Shown here one piece after another: positions 52,683-61,508 of a DNA stretch of 64,000 nucleotides (its first letter is position 1; each line of letters starts with the position of its first letter). Position numbers and translations under genes: made by a program. Source of the stretch: an uncultured Acidimicrobiaceae bacterium (lineage in GTDB: Bacteria; Actinomycetota; Acidimicrobiia; Acidimicrobiales; RAAP-2); NCBI GenBank assembly GCA_963704615.1, contig OY969923.1:2572068-2636067 (forward strand), read 5' to 3'. The notes below the pieces were generated by a model that made no database searches, was not told the origin of the DNA, and saw nothing but the letters and a program-made list of their open reading frames with translations.

Positions 52683-53612
52683 TCAGGTGGAATGCCGCAG
52701 GCCGGCGGCAGGGTCCGACAACCCGAGGTGGTCGACCAGGAAGGCTCCGACGCCGGCAACGCTCTGGTCGGCCTCGGGGATGACCGAACCGGGAAATGCC
52801 TGGAAGACATGAATGAGATCAGGCCAGACGATGAGTGAGACGCTCACCCCCGCCGTCTCGAGGCGTTCGGCCAGCCGGGTGGCGTCCTCGATGAGCACCT
52901 CGCGCTCGCCGACCTCGATGCGCATCGGCGGGAGCCCGCTCAGATCCTCGGCATAGACAGGCGAGGCGAGCTCGAGGCGGGCATCGGTGTCACCCAGGTA
53001 CGCGTGTGCCATCACGTCGAGACCGGCCTTGGACACCATCGGATCTTGATCGGCACGGTGACGGTAGGCGGGGGCCGACTGGGTGAGATCGGCCCAGGGT
53101 GACAGGCAGACGGCCGCGGCCGGAAGGGGATCGCCAGAAGCCCGCAGGGCGAGGAGCGCGGCCACGGTCAAGCCGCCCCCGGCCGAGTCTCCGGCGATGG
53201 CGGTGCGGTGGGGCTTCAAGCCGCGCCCGAGGAGCGCTCGGTAGGCACCAGCAGCATCGTCCACGGCAGCAGGAAAAGGGTGCTCGGGGGCCAGCCGGTA
53301 GTCCAGGGTGACCACGGCGCAGCCGGCGGCGAGGGCCAACCTCCCGGCCAGATCACGGTGGGTGGCGAGCGAACCGATGCAGTACCCCCCACCGTGCAGG
53401 TAGAGCACAGCGGCATCCGTGGTGCCGCCTTCGGGCATCAGCCATTCGCCGCCACACCCACCCAGCGAGACCGGTTCGACGGTCACCCCCTCGGGAGGCA
53501 CCGCTTGGGCCGCCACCGCGGCCATGGCGGCCCGCTGCTCGAGAATGGTCCCCTGGGAGAGGTTCGATTCGGCCAGGTAGGCCGCGATCGACTCGACGCC
53601 CGGATGGGTCAT
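52683..53612 (-). CDS. Alpha/beta hydrolase, hormone-sensitive-lipase-like esterase
   Basis: LYLHGGGYCIGS (HGGG oxyanion motif), IAGDSAGGGL (GDSAG nucleophile elbow), and DPL...H near the C-terminus. The ORF is open to 53657. Confidence 0.85.
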   Translation of the reverse strand: MTHPGVESIAAYLAESNLSQGTILEQRAAMAAVAAQAVPPEGVTVEPVSLGGCGGEWLMPEGGTTDAAVLYLHGGGYCIGSLATHRDLAGRLALAAGCAVVTLDYRLAPEHPFPAAVDDAAGAYRALLGRGLKPHRTAIAGDSAGGGLTVAALLALRASGDPLPAAAVCLSPWADLTQSAPAYRHRADQDPMVSKAGLDVMAHAYLGDTDARLELASPVYAEDLSGLPPMRIEVGEREVLIEDATRLAERLETAGVSVSLIVWPDLIHVFQAFPGSVIPEADQSVAGVGAFLVDHLGLSDPAAGLRHST

Positions 53613-53710
53613 GGCGGCACCGTACTCGGCGTCCGGTCCCCGCCGCTCAGGGCCCACCTCCGGCCGAGTCGGACGTCGGGCTCAACCTCGGGGTCGGATG
53701 TGCCGATACT

Positions 53711-53742
53711 GGCCCGGTGGGCGGGTTGGCGCCCACCGGGCC
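53711..53742. promoter_or_regulatory. Perfect 13-bp stem / 6-nt loop palindrome in the divergent intergenic region, 25 nt upstream of the NlpC/P60 start
   Basis: ggcccggtgggcg-ggttgg-cgcccaccgggcc, read directly. Both flanking genes are transcribed away from it, so it cannot be a terminator for either of them. Confidence 0.5.
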
Positions 53743-53767
53743 GTAATCACGGGCAGAGGGGCGCAGT

Positions 53768-55009
53768 ATGACAAGTCGGTATCGACGGTGGCAGGGAATC
53801 TTCGCGGTCGTGGGCTGCGCTCTGTTCTCTCTCTCAATAGCCGCCGCCCCCATCCCCGCGGCGGCCACCGCCGGAGCAGACTCCGGTCATGCCATCGGCT
53901 CGCTGACCCCCGGAAACTTCTGGCTGGCCACGGCCAGCGGCCACCTCTATGCCTTCGGCGTACCGGACGACGGATCCCCCGGTGGCGCTCCCCTCAACCG
54001 ACCCATCGTCGGCATGGTCCCCACCCGGAGCCAGCAGGGCTACTGGATGGTGGCCTCCGATGGCGGCGTCTTCTCGTACGGCAACGCCCGGTTCTACGGC
54101 TCGACCGGAAACCTCACCCTCAACAAGCCCATCGTGGGCATGGCGGCAACGCCGGATCAGAAGGGTTACTGGATGGTGGCCTCGGACGGGGGCGTCTTCT
54201 CGTACGGCGACGCCCGGTTCTACGGCTCGACCGGAAACCTCACCCTCAACAAGCCCATCGTGGGCATGGCGGTGACACCGGACGGCAACGGGTACTGGCT
54301 GGTGGCCTCCGACGGGGGCGTCTTCGCCTTCGGTGACGCCACCTTCTACGGCTCCACTGGCAACCTCACCCTGAACCAGCCGATCGTCTCCATGGACGCC
54401 ACCCCCGACGGCAGGGGTTACTGGATGGTGGCCGCCGACGGCGGTGTCTTCGCCTTCGGCGACGCCACCTTCTACGGCTCCACCGCCAACAGCCCCGAGG
54501 ACCCGGTGCAACGCCTCCTGACCACGCCGACAGGCAACGGCTATTGGATCGTGCAACAGAACGGGACGGCCACCCCCTTCGGAGACGCGGTGTCGCTCCA
54601 ACCTCCGCCCACCGCCTTGCTGTTCGCGCCGGTCACCCCCGGTGATGCCGCCGTTCTGTTCGCCTTCCAGCAATTGGGCAAGCCGTACATCTACGGCGGG
54701 AACGGACCGGTGGGCTACGACTGTTCCGGACTGGCCCTGGCCGCCTGGAGTCAGGGTGCCGGCGTTGAGTTCGCCCGGGTGGCAGACGACCAGTACAACA
54801 CCGCCGGGGTGCCGGTCCCGATGACCTCGCTGGAGGCGGGCGATCTCGTCTTCTGGGGTACTGACACCACCGACTGGACGACGGTGTACCACACGGCCAT
54901 CTACGTCGGCGGCAACCGGATCGTCGAGGCCACCGGCGACCAGGTGCAGCTCAACACCCTCGATCAGTGGGGGGCGAGCAATCTGATGCCCAATGGACGC
55001 CGCCCCTGA
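53768..55009 (+). CDS. NlpC/P60 peptidoglycan endopeptidase fused to 5-6 N-terminal DGGVF-FGDA-FYGS repeats
   Basis: N-terminal signal/anchor (FAVVGCALFSLSIAAAPIPAAA). The 40-aa repeats read LNKPIVGMAATPDQKGYWMVASDGGVFSYGDARFYGSTGN. The C-terminal NlpC/P60 domain is GKPYIYGGNGPVGYDCSGLALAAW (catalytic Cys) ...YHTAIYVGGNRIVEA (His). Confidence 0.85.
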   Translation: MTSRYRRWQGIFAVVGCALFSLSIAAAPIPAAATAGADSGHAIGSLTPGNFWLATASGHLYAFGVPDDGSPGGAPLNRPIVGMVPTRSQQGYWMVASDGGVFSYGNARFYGSTGNLTLNKPIVGMAATPDQKGYWMVASDGGVFSYGDARFYGSTGNLTLNKPIVGMAVTPDGNGYWLVASDGGVFAFGDATFYGSTGNLTLNQPIVSMDATPDGRGYWMVAADGGVFAFGDATFYGSTANSPEDPVQRLLTTPTGNGYWIVQQNGTATPFGDAVSLQPPPTALLFAPVTPGDAAVLFAFQQLGKPYIYGGNGPVGYDCSGLALAAWSQGAGVEFARVADDQYNTAGVPVPMTSLEAGDLVFWGTDTTDWTTVYHTAIYVGGNRIVEATGDQVQLNTLDQWGASNLMPNGRRP

Positions 55010-55048
55010 GGGCTCCGGCGCCATCGCACCACCCAGGCCAGACCCGAC

Positions 55049-55336
55049 TCACACCACGAAGGCGCATCCGTCCCACGACGCCACCGGACGTCGTCGACGC
55101 CAGCCGCTGAGAGTGAGATGCAGCTCAGCGGGCCGGGTGGACCGAGGAAGACGGGCGAGCACGAAGACCCCGTCGACGACGTACAGCTCATACTCGTCGA
55201 GAGCGGCCGGAGCTTTGGTGGTGGCCTCCAGGAAGGTCACCCCGGGACAGCTTCGGCGCCGTCGGCATCCCACGTAGACCGATCCGCCCCGCTCCTCCAG
55301 ATGCCGGTGAAGCTCGGACGAGACCGTGACGAGCAC
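55049..55336 (-). CDS. Small hypothetical protein (~95 aa), Arg-rich with three Cys
   Basis: Only the C-terminal part of the 207-aa ORF looks protein-like: ..HLEERGGSVYVGCRRRRSCPGVTFLEATTKAPAALDEYELYVVDGVFVLARLP..HLTLSGWRRRRPVASWDGCAFVV*. The start is placed at the GTG at 55334-55336. The upstream part of the ORF overlaps the MFS gene. Confidence 0.35.
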   Translation of the reverse strand: MLVTVSSELHRHLEERGGSVYVGCRRRRSCPGVTFLEATTKAPAALDEYELYVVDGVFVLARLPRSTRPAELHLTLSGWRRRRPVASWDGCAFVV

Positions 55337-55469
55337 AAGACCCACGATACCGGCGACCCGGTAGGGGGCGACGACGCTGGTCAGCGGCCCAACAGACCGG
55401 CGCCGGGACGCCCCATGGCGGCGCCCCTCCCCCTGGCGAGCCGAGCCCCGGGGGCAACATTGTGAAACG

Positions 55470-57005
55470 GTGTCGGACGTGACCAGCGCGCCCGAGACCC
55501 CCGGCCGCCCCGATCTCCTCCGCGTCCATTCGAGCCGGGGCCGGTGGGTCATCGCGGCCACGGTGCTCGGCTCGGGCATGGCCGCCATCGACGCCACCGT
55601 CATCGGTATCGCCCTCCCCACCATCGGCCGCGCCTTCCACGCCTCGTTGGGCACCTTGCAGTGGGTGGTCACCGGCTACACCCTGACCTTGGCGTCATTG
55701 CTGCTCCTCGGCGGGTCACTCGGTGACCGCTTCGGAAGAAAGCGGGTCTTCATGATCGGGGTCGGATGGTTCGCCCTGGCCTCGGCGGCGTGCGCGGTGT
55801 CGACCGGCTCGACCCAGCTGATCGTCACCCGCATCCTCCAAGGAGTCGGGGGTGCCCTGCTCACCCCGGGAAGCCTGGCCATCCTGGAGGCCTCGTTCGT
55901 ATCCAACGATCGCAGCGAGGCCATCGGTGCCTGGTCGGGTCTGGGCGGTGTGGCCACCGCCGCCGGCCCGCTCCTCGGGGGGTACCTGATCACCGCGGCC
56001 TCGTGGCGGTGGATCTTCCTCATCAACGTGCCCATCGGCGCCGCCGTCCTCCTGCTGACGGCCAGGCACGTACCCGAATCGCGCGACCCGACTGCTTCCG
56101 GAAAGATCGACGTCATCGGTGCCGCGTTGGCCACGGCATCGTTGGCCACCATCACCTATGCCCTGATCGAGGGGCCGTCTCGCGGATGGACGTCAGCCGC
56201 GGTGATGGCATCCCTCGTGGTGGGCGCGGTCGGTTCGCTGGCCTTCGTCCTCGTCGAGCGGCGTTCGACGGCACCGATGCTCCCCCTCGGGCTGTTCGCC
56301 AACCGCCAGTTTTCGGTGACCAATGCTGTGACCCTGGTCGTCTACGCCGGCCTGGGTGGTGCGCTCTTCCTCCTGCCGGTCGTCCTCCAGGTGGTCAACC
56401 ACTACTCCCCCCTCGAATCAGGGGTGGCGATGCTGCCGCTGACCGCGGTCATGCTCGTCTTTTCCGCTCGGTCGGGCCGGATCGCCGCCTCCATCGGGCC
56501 GCGGCTGCAGATGAGCGTTGGTCCGGTCGTGGTGGGCGTGGGCATGATCCTCCTCGTACGAGTCCCGGACAGCTCGTCCTATGTGACCGGCGTGCTCCCT
56601 GCGGTGCTGGTCATCGGCGTGGGCCTGGCCACCACGGTGGCCCCCCTCACGGCCACCGCCCTCAACTCGGTGTCGGCGGCCCATTCGGGGATGGCCTCCG
56701 CCGTCAACAACGACGTCGCCCGGCTCGGCTCCCTGATCGCCGTGGCTGTCCTGCCGGCTCTGGGCGGGATCGTGGGTCTGAGCTACCTCCATCCCCACGC
56801 GCTGGCGCACGGTTTCAACAAGGCGGTGGTCATCGCCGGATCCTGGTGTGTGGTCGGCGGCCTGGGCGCGGCCATCGGCATCCGCAACCCTCCGGCCCGG
56901 GGACCCGGGGAGCCGGCGGTGACCGCGGTCGGACCCAGCTACTGCGCACTGGAGGCCACGCCGATCACCCACCAGAGCCCGACGCCGACGACGAAAGCTT
57001 CGTAA
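55470..57005 (+). CDS. MFS transporter, DHA2 (EmrB/QacA, 14-TMS) type
   Basis: MAAIDATVIGIALPTI, LLLGGSLGDRFGRKRVF (motif A) and about 14 hydrophobic segments over 511 aa. Confidence 0.9.
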   Translation: MSDVTSAPETPGRPDLLRVHSSRGRWVIAATVLGSGMAAIDATVIGIALPTIGRAFHASLGTLQWVVTGYTLTLASLLLLGGSLGDRFGRKRVFMIGVGWFALASAACAVSTGSTQLIVTRILQGVGGALLTPGSLAILEASFVSNDRSEAIGAWSGLGGVATAAGPLLGGYLITAASWRWIFLINVPIGAAVLLLTARHVPESRDPTASGKIDVIGAALATASLATITYALIEGPSRGWTSAAVMASLVVGAVGSLAFVLVERRSTAPMLPLGLFANRQFSVTNAVTLVVYAGLGGALFLLPVVLQVVNHYSPLESGVAMLPLTAVMLVFSARSGRIAASIGPRLQMSVGPVVVGVGMILLVRVPDSSSYVTGVLPAVLVIGVGLATTVAPLTATALNSVSAAHSGMASAVNNDVARLGSLIAVAVLPALGGIVGLSYLHPHALAHGFNKAVVIAGSWCVVGGLGAAIGIRNPPARGPGEPAVTAVGPSYCALEATPITHQSPTPTTKAS

Positions 57006-57123
57006 AGCAGCGAGAAGGCCAGCCGGCCGCGCCGACGTCGATCACTTGACAACCGAGTGTCCACCGTGAGCAGACTCGGACCGCCGGGGGAGCCTCCGGT
57101 CCGCCGTCCAGGAGCCAGTCACC

Positions 57124-58125
57124 ATGACGTCCACCACAGTGAGGTTCGGGGTCCTCGGGGCGGCACGGATCACCCCGGCCGCGCTGATCCGACCGGCGAC
57201 GGCCAGTCCCGAGGCGACCGTTGACGTGATCGCCGCCCGCGATGGGGGACGGGCGACCGCCTACGCCAAACGGCACGGGATCCCCCGGGTTCTCGACAGC
57301 TACCAGGCTCTGGTGGAGGACCCGGAGATCGACGCCGTCTATGTTCCCCTGCCCAACGGCCTCCACGGCCGTTGGACCCTGGCCGCCCTGGCCGCCGGCA
57401 AGCACGTCTTGTGCGAGAAGCCCTTCACCGCCAACGCGGAGGAAGCCGATGCCGTGGCTACGGCGGCCGACACGGCGGCGGCCGACAGCGGCCTGGTGGT
57501 CCTTGAGGCCTTCCACTACCGCTACCACCCCCTGGCCCATCGCATGCGCCAGATCGTCGACAGCGGCGAGCTGGGCCGGCTCCATCACATCGAGACCTGG
57601 CTGTGCGCTCCGATTATCAACAAGTCCGACATCAGATACCGGATCGACCTGGCCGGTGGAGCCATGATGGACATGGGCTCCTACGTGGTCAACATGGCCC
57701 GGATGCTCGGCGGCGAAGAGCCCACGGTGACCTCCGCCCGAGCCAAGCTCCTGAATCCGGAGATCGACCGGTCCATGTCCGCCGAACTCCAGTTCCCGAG
57801 CGGTCACACCGCGTCGGTGCACTGCTCGATGTGGTCCTCTTCGGTCTTGCACCTGGCGGCACGGGTCATCGGGGACGAGGGCGAACTGCGAGTCTTCAAC
57901 CCGATCGCCCCGCAGTACGTCAGTTGGCTGACGGTGCGCTCCGGAGGTGCCCGTCGCACCGAGATCCCGGCCCGCCGGGCCACCTACGCCTACCAGTTGG
58001 ACGCTTTCTGCAACGCGGTCCTCCGAGGTCAGCCGGCTGAGACCACGCCGGACGACGCCGTGGCCAACATGACGGTGATCGATGCCGTGTACCGTGCAGC
58101 CAACATGCGCCCGAGAGGTGCCTGA
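57124..58125 (+). CDS. Gfo/Idh/MocA family oxidoreductase
   Basis: VRFGVLGAARITPAALI (Rossmann N-terminus), AVYVPLPNGLH and VLCEKPF (EKP motif). Confidence 0.9.
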   Translation: MTSTTVRFGVLGAARITPAALIRPATASPEATVDVIAARDGGRATAYAKRHGIPRVLDSYQALVEDPEIDAVYVPLPNGLHGRWTLAALAAGKHVLCEKPFTANAEEADAVATAADTAAADSGLVVLEAFHYRYHPLAHRMRQIVDSGELGRLHHIETWLCAPIINKSDIRYRIDLAGGAMMDMGSYVVNMARMLGGEEPTVTSARAKLLNPEIDRSMSAELQFPSGHTASVHCSMWSSSVLHLAARVIGDEGELRVFNPIAPQYVSWLTVRSGGARRTEIPARRATYAYQLDAFCNAVLRGQPAETTPDDAVANMTVIDAVYRAANMRPRGA

Positions 58126-58153
58126 GCCGAGCCAGCCCAAGGAGGCCGCACCC

Positions 58154-59545
58154 ATGAGCACCTTCCCCTACGCAGGCCGCTTCCCCGTGCACCGGACGCT
58201 TCCCGAGAAAGGAACGCCCCGTTCCGAGATCCTCGAGGAACTGCGATCGATGGCCACAGAGGAAGATCTGGCCTGGGAATCCGGCAAGTGTTCCGGCACC
58301 ATGTACTGCGGCGACCACGACCACTACCGCTTCATGACCGAGGCCTTCGGGCTGTTCGCCCACGTCAACGTGCTCCAGCGGGACATCTGCCCCAGCGCGA
58401 CCAAGTTCGAGGCCGAGATCATCGCCATGACCCTCGACCTCCTGCACGCCGAAGCGGTCACCGATGGCGAGCCGGCCGGGCTGGTGTCCACCGGGGGGAC
58501 CGGGAGCATCTGCCACGCCATGCTGGCCTACCGGGAGCACGCCGCCCAGAGCCGGGGCATCCGACGACCCAACGTGATCAAGCCGGAGACCGCCCACCCG
58601 GCCTTCGACAAGGCCTGTCATCTGTTCGGCATCGAGCTCAAGGTGGCCCCGGTGGACCCGGTCACCACCCAGGTCGACACCGACTGGGTCGCGGCCAACA
58701 TCGACTCCGACACCGTGGCCATCATCGGATCGGCCTGTAACTACGGCTACGGAACCATCGATCCGATCGCCGAGCTCTCCGATGTGGCCCTGCACCACGG
58801 GGTCGGGCTCCACGTGGACAGCTGTCTGGGTGGGTTCATCCTGCCGTTCGGCCAGGACCTGGGGTACGACATCCCCGTTTTCGACTACCGCCACCCTGGC
58901 GTGACCTCGATGTCGGCCGACACCCACAAGTACGGCTACGCCCTCAAAGGCACCTCGGTGATCACCTTTCGCGACAAGTCCCTCCGCGACGCCCAGTACT
59001 TCTTCCTGACCGGGTGGAGCGGCGGCAAGTACTGCTCGCCGGGAATGGAGGGTTCCCGCTCGGGGGGACTGATCGCCGCCACCTGGGCGGCCATGGTCCA
59101 GTTGGGCCGCGAGGGGTACCGCCGTTACGCCAAGGACATCTTCGCCACCGCCGCGGCCATGCAGACGTCGGTACTCTCGCATCCCGAACTCCGGCTGATC
59201 GGCGACCCGACCTTCCTGTTCAGCTTCACCTCCGACCAGTTCGACATCTACCTGGTGAACGACTTCATGCGCCGCCGCGGGTGGCGGTTCAACGGCCAGC
59301 AGTACCCCAACGCCCTCCACATGGCGGTCACCCGACCCCAGACCCAGCCCGGGGTGGCCGAGACCTTCGCTGACGACCTCGCCGACGGGGTGGACTATGC
59401 GCGGGTGCACGCGGACGAAGAACCCCAGTCGGGTGCGATCTACGGAGGCGTGGCCGGTGGGCTGACCGACGAGGCCGACAGCTTCATCACCATGGTCATG
59501 GCGGACATGATGGACGCCCAGCAGGCCATTCCGGCCGACGCCTGA
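58154..59545 (+). CDS. PLP-dependent group II decarboxylase-fold enzyme, sphingosine-1-phosphate-lyase-like
   Basis: GGAGG lies 8 nt upstream of the ATG. SGKCSGTMYCGD, VSTGGTGSI, HVDSCLGGF and SADTHKYGYALKGTSV (PLP lysine) resemble SPL/DPL1-type lyases and related decarboxylases. Confidence 0.8.
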   Translation: MSTFPYAGRFPVHRTLPEKGTPRSEILEELRSMATEEDLAWESGKCSGTMYCGDHDHYRFMTEAFGLFAHVNVLQRDICPSATKFEAEIIAMTLDLLHAEAVTDGEPAGLVSTGGTGSICHAMLAYREHAAQSRGIRRPNVIKPETAHPAFDKACHLFGIELKVAPVDPVTTQVDTDWVAANIDSDTVAIIGSACNYGYGTIDPIAELSDVALHHGVGLHVDSCLGGFILPFGQDLGYDIPVFDYRHPGVTSMSADTHKYGYALKGTSVITFRDKSLRDAQYFFLTGWSGGKYCSPGMEGSRSGGLIAATWAAMVQLGREGYRRYAKDIFATAAAMQTSVLSHPELRLIGDPTFLFSFTSDQFDIYLVNDFMRRRGWRFNGQQYPNALHMAVTRPQTQPGVAETFADDLADGVDYARVHADEEPQSGAIYGGVAGGLTDEADSFITMVMADMMDAQQAIPADA

Positions 59546-59596
59546 TCCCGTCGGCGCGCCGATCCAGGCGCGGCACACACACGCTCGGCCCGCGGT

Positions 59597-61471
59597 TCAG
59601 CCGACGGACGAGCGAGCCCGTCCGCCCGGGTTCCGCTCGAAGTCCCCGGCGCTCGAGAACGTATGGGCGGGGGCGGGACGAGCCAGCAGGAACCCCTGCG
59701 CCTCGTCGCACCCCATCGCCTGCACGGCACGTAGCTCCGCCTCCGTCTCGACCCCTTCGGCCACGACGGCCAGGCCCAGCCTGTGGGCCAGGTCGATGAC
59801 GGTGGCGACAATGGTCGGATCCTGATCCGCCGATCCCAGGCCGGCCACGAAGCTCCGATCGACCTTCACTCGATCGATGGGAAGGCCCTTCAGATAGAGG
59901 AGCGACGAGTACCCCGTGCCGAAGTCGTCGAGTGCCATGTGCACACCCAGATCTCTGATCCTCTGCATGACTGCGCCGATCTCCACAAAGTCCATGACCA
60001 GCACCGACTCGGTCACCTCGAGAACCAAGGCACCGGGGTCGAGCCGCGACCGGGCCAGGGCCCCGCACACATCGTCGAAGAACGACGGATCCTGGAGCTG
60101 ACGGGCCGACACATTGACCGAGACGGCAAGCCCGGATCGACCCTCCTCCCGCCACGTCCGGCATTGATGGGTCGCCTCACCCAGGACCCAACGGCCCACC
60201 GGGACGATCTCTCTGCTCCGCTCGAGGAGGGGAATGAACTCGGCGGGGGAAATGGCGCCCAGCTCGGGGTGTTGCCATCGGAGCAGTGCCTCCATCCCCA
60301 CCATCTGGCCGCCCAGCTTGAACAGGGGCTGGTAGTGCACCGACAGCTGGCCGCCCTGATGGGCCTCACGCAGATCGTGGGCCAACTGGCTCTGCCGCTG
60401 GCGGTCCTCGCCGATGACCGAGTTGTAGCACTCATAGCGGGCCGGTCCCCCGCGCTTGGCCTGGTACATGGCCGCATCAGCCCGCGCCAGGGTCACCTCG
60501 GGGTCGGCACCGGCGACCACCTCGGCGATCCCGATGCTCACCGACGTATGCAACTGTCGATCACCCACCAGCACCGGCGACCGCATGGTCAGGTGGATGC
60601 GCTCGGCCAACGAACGAGCCGCGACCTCAGGATCGTCGAGGTCCACCGCCAGCACAACAAACTCATCACCACCCAGCCGGGCCACGGTGTCCGCCCCACG
60701 GACCAGCCCCTCAAGGCGGGTGGCCACGGCGGCCAACAGGACGTCCCCGGCCGCGTGACCGAAGCGGTCGTTGATGGCCTTGAAGTTATCGACGTCGAGA
60801 AACAAGAGCACGGCACCGGTCCCCCGGCGATCCAGCGAGCTTGCCGCCTGTCCGATTCGGTCACTCAGGAGGGTCCTGTTGGGCAGACCGGTGAGTTGGT
60901 CGTGCAGGGCCTGATGGGCCAGCGAGGCCTGTTCTTCACGAAGGCGACGCTGCAGGGCTCGGCGAGTGGCATCGAATTGCCGGACGATCCGGACCAGGCT
61001 GCCATCGCAGCTGAACCGGACCACGTTGCAGGCCAGATCGACCACTGAGTCGCTGACTCCGAGCGTGGCGGCCTCGTCGAGGATGACAGAGATGGTGGCG
61101 TCCCGCCAGGCCAAGTAGGCCTTGGCCACGCTGCCCAGCTCGGCGTTCTCCAAAATGGCCTGCTCGCCCTGCTCGGCCAGAGTGGCTTCGTCCTCGGTCG
61201 AGGCCACCTCGTCGGTGGCCAGCCAGCGGCCGATCAGGTGGGTGCCCAGGCGCGCCGTGGCGAAAGCTTCACCGGCCAGCTCCACCGCGAACTTGGCGTC
61301 CACCCGCATGCCCACCTCGTCGGCCCGGGCCTGCACCGCCTCGCCCAGGGCGACCCGATCCTCGCTCACCGCGGCGCCCGTCCGGGCGGGACGCGAGCTC
61401 GATCCGGGCGCGACGTCGTCGGTGGGGCCGGTGGAGACGTCCGGCTCCTCGGGTCGCATGCCGTCGATCAT
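59597..61471 (-). CDS. Cytoplasmic GGDEF-EAL protein (diguanylate cyclase / c-di-GMP phosphodiesterase) with an unassigned N-terminal sensor region
   Basis: RGAD-TVARL-GGDEF (I-site RxxD plus an intact GGDEF). MEALLRWQHP, DDFGTGYSSL, VKVDRSF, AEGVETE and EAQGF indicate an intact EAL catalytic set. Confidence 0.9.
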   Translation of the reverse strand: MIDGMRPEEPDVSTGPTDDVAPGSSSRPARTGAAVSEDRVALGEAVQARADEVGMRVDAKFAVELAGEAFATARLGTHLIGRWLATDEVASTEDEATLAEQGEQAILENAELGSVAKAYLAWRDATISVILDEAATLGVSDSVVDLACNVVRFSCDGSLVRIVRQFDATRRALQRRLREEQASLAHQALHDQLTGLPNRTLLSDRIGQAASSLDRRGTGAVLLFLDVDNFKAINDRFGHAAGDVLLAAVATRLEGLVRGADTVARLGGDEFVVLAVDLDDPEVAARSLAERIHLTMRSPVLVGDRQLHTSVSIGIAEVVAGADPEVTLARADAAMYQAKRGGPARYECYNSVIGEDRQRQSQLAHDLREAHQGGQLSVHYQPLFKLGGQMVGMEALLRWQHPELGAISPAEFIPLLERSREIVPVGRWVLGEATHQCRTWREEGRSGLAVSVNVSARQLQDPSFFDDVCGALARSRLDPGALVLEVTESVLVMDFVEIGAVMQRIRDLGVHMALDDFGTGYSSLLYLKGLPIDRVKVDRSFVAGLGSADQDPTIVATVIDLAHRLGLAVVAEGVETEAELRAVQAMGCDEAQGFLLARPAPAHTFSSAGDFERNPGGRARSSVG

Positions 61472-61508
61472 CGATTCACCAGACTGGACTCCCGAGCAAC
61501 GACCGTGG

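Noticed and set aside
55337-55672. Upstream two-thirds of the 207-aa minus-strand ORF 55049-55672.
   Set aside because: It overlaps the start of the well-supported MFS transporter gene, and its sequence is low-complexity. Only the distal ~95 codons are kept as a low-confidence CDS.
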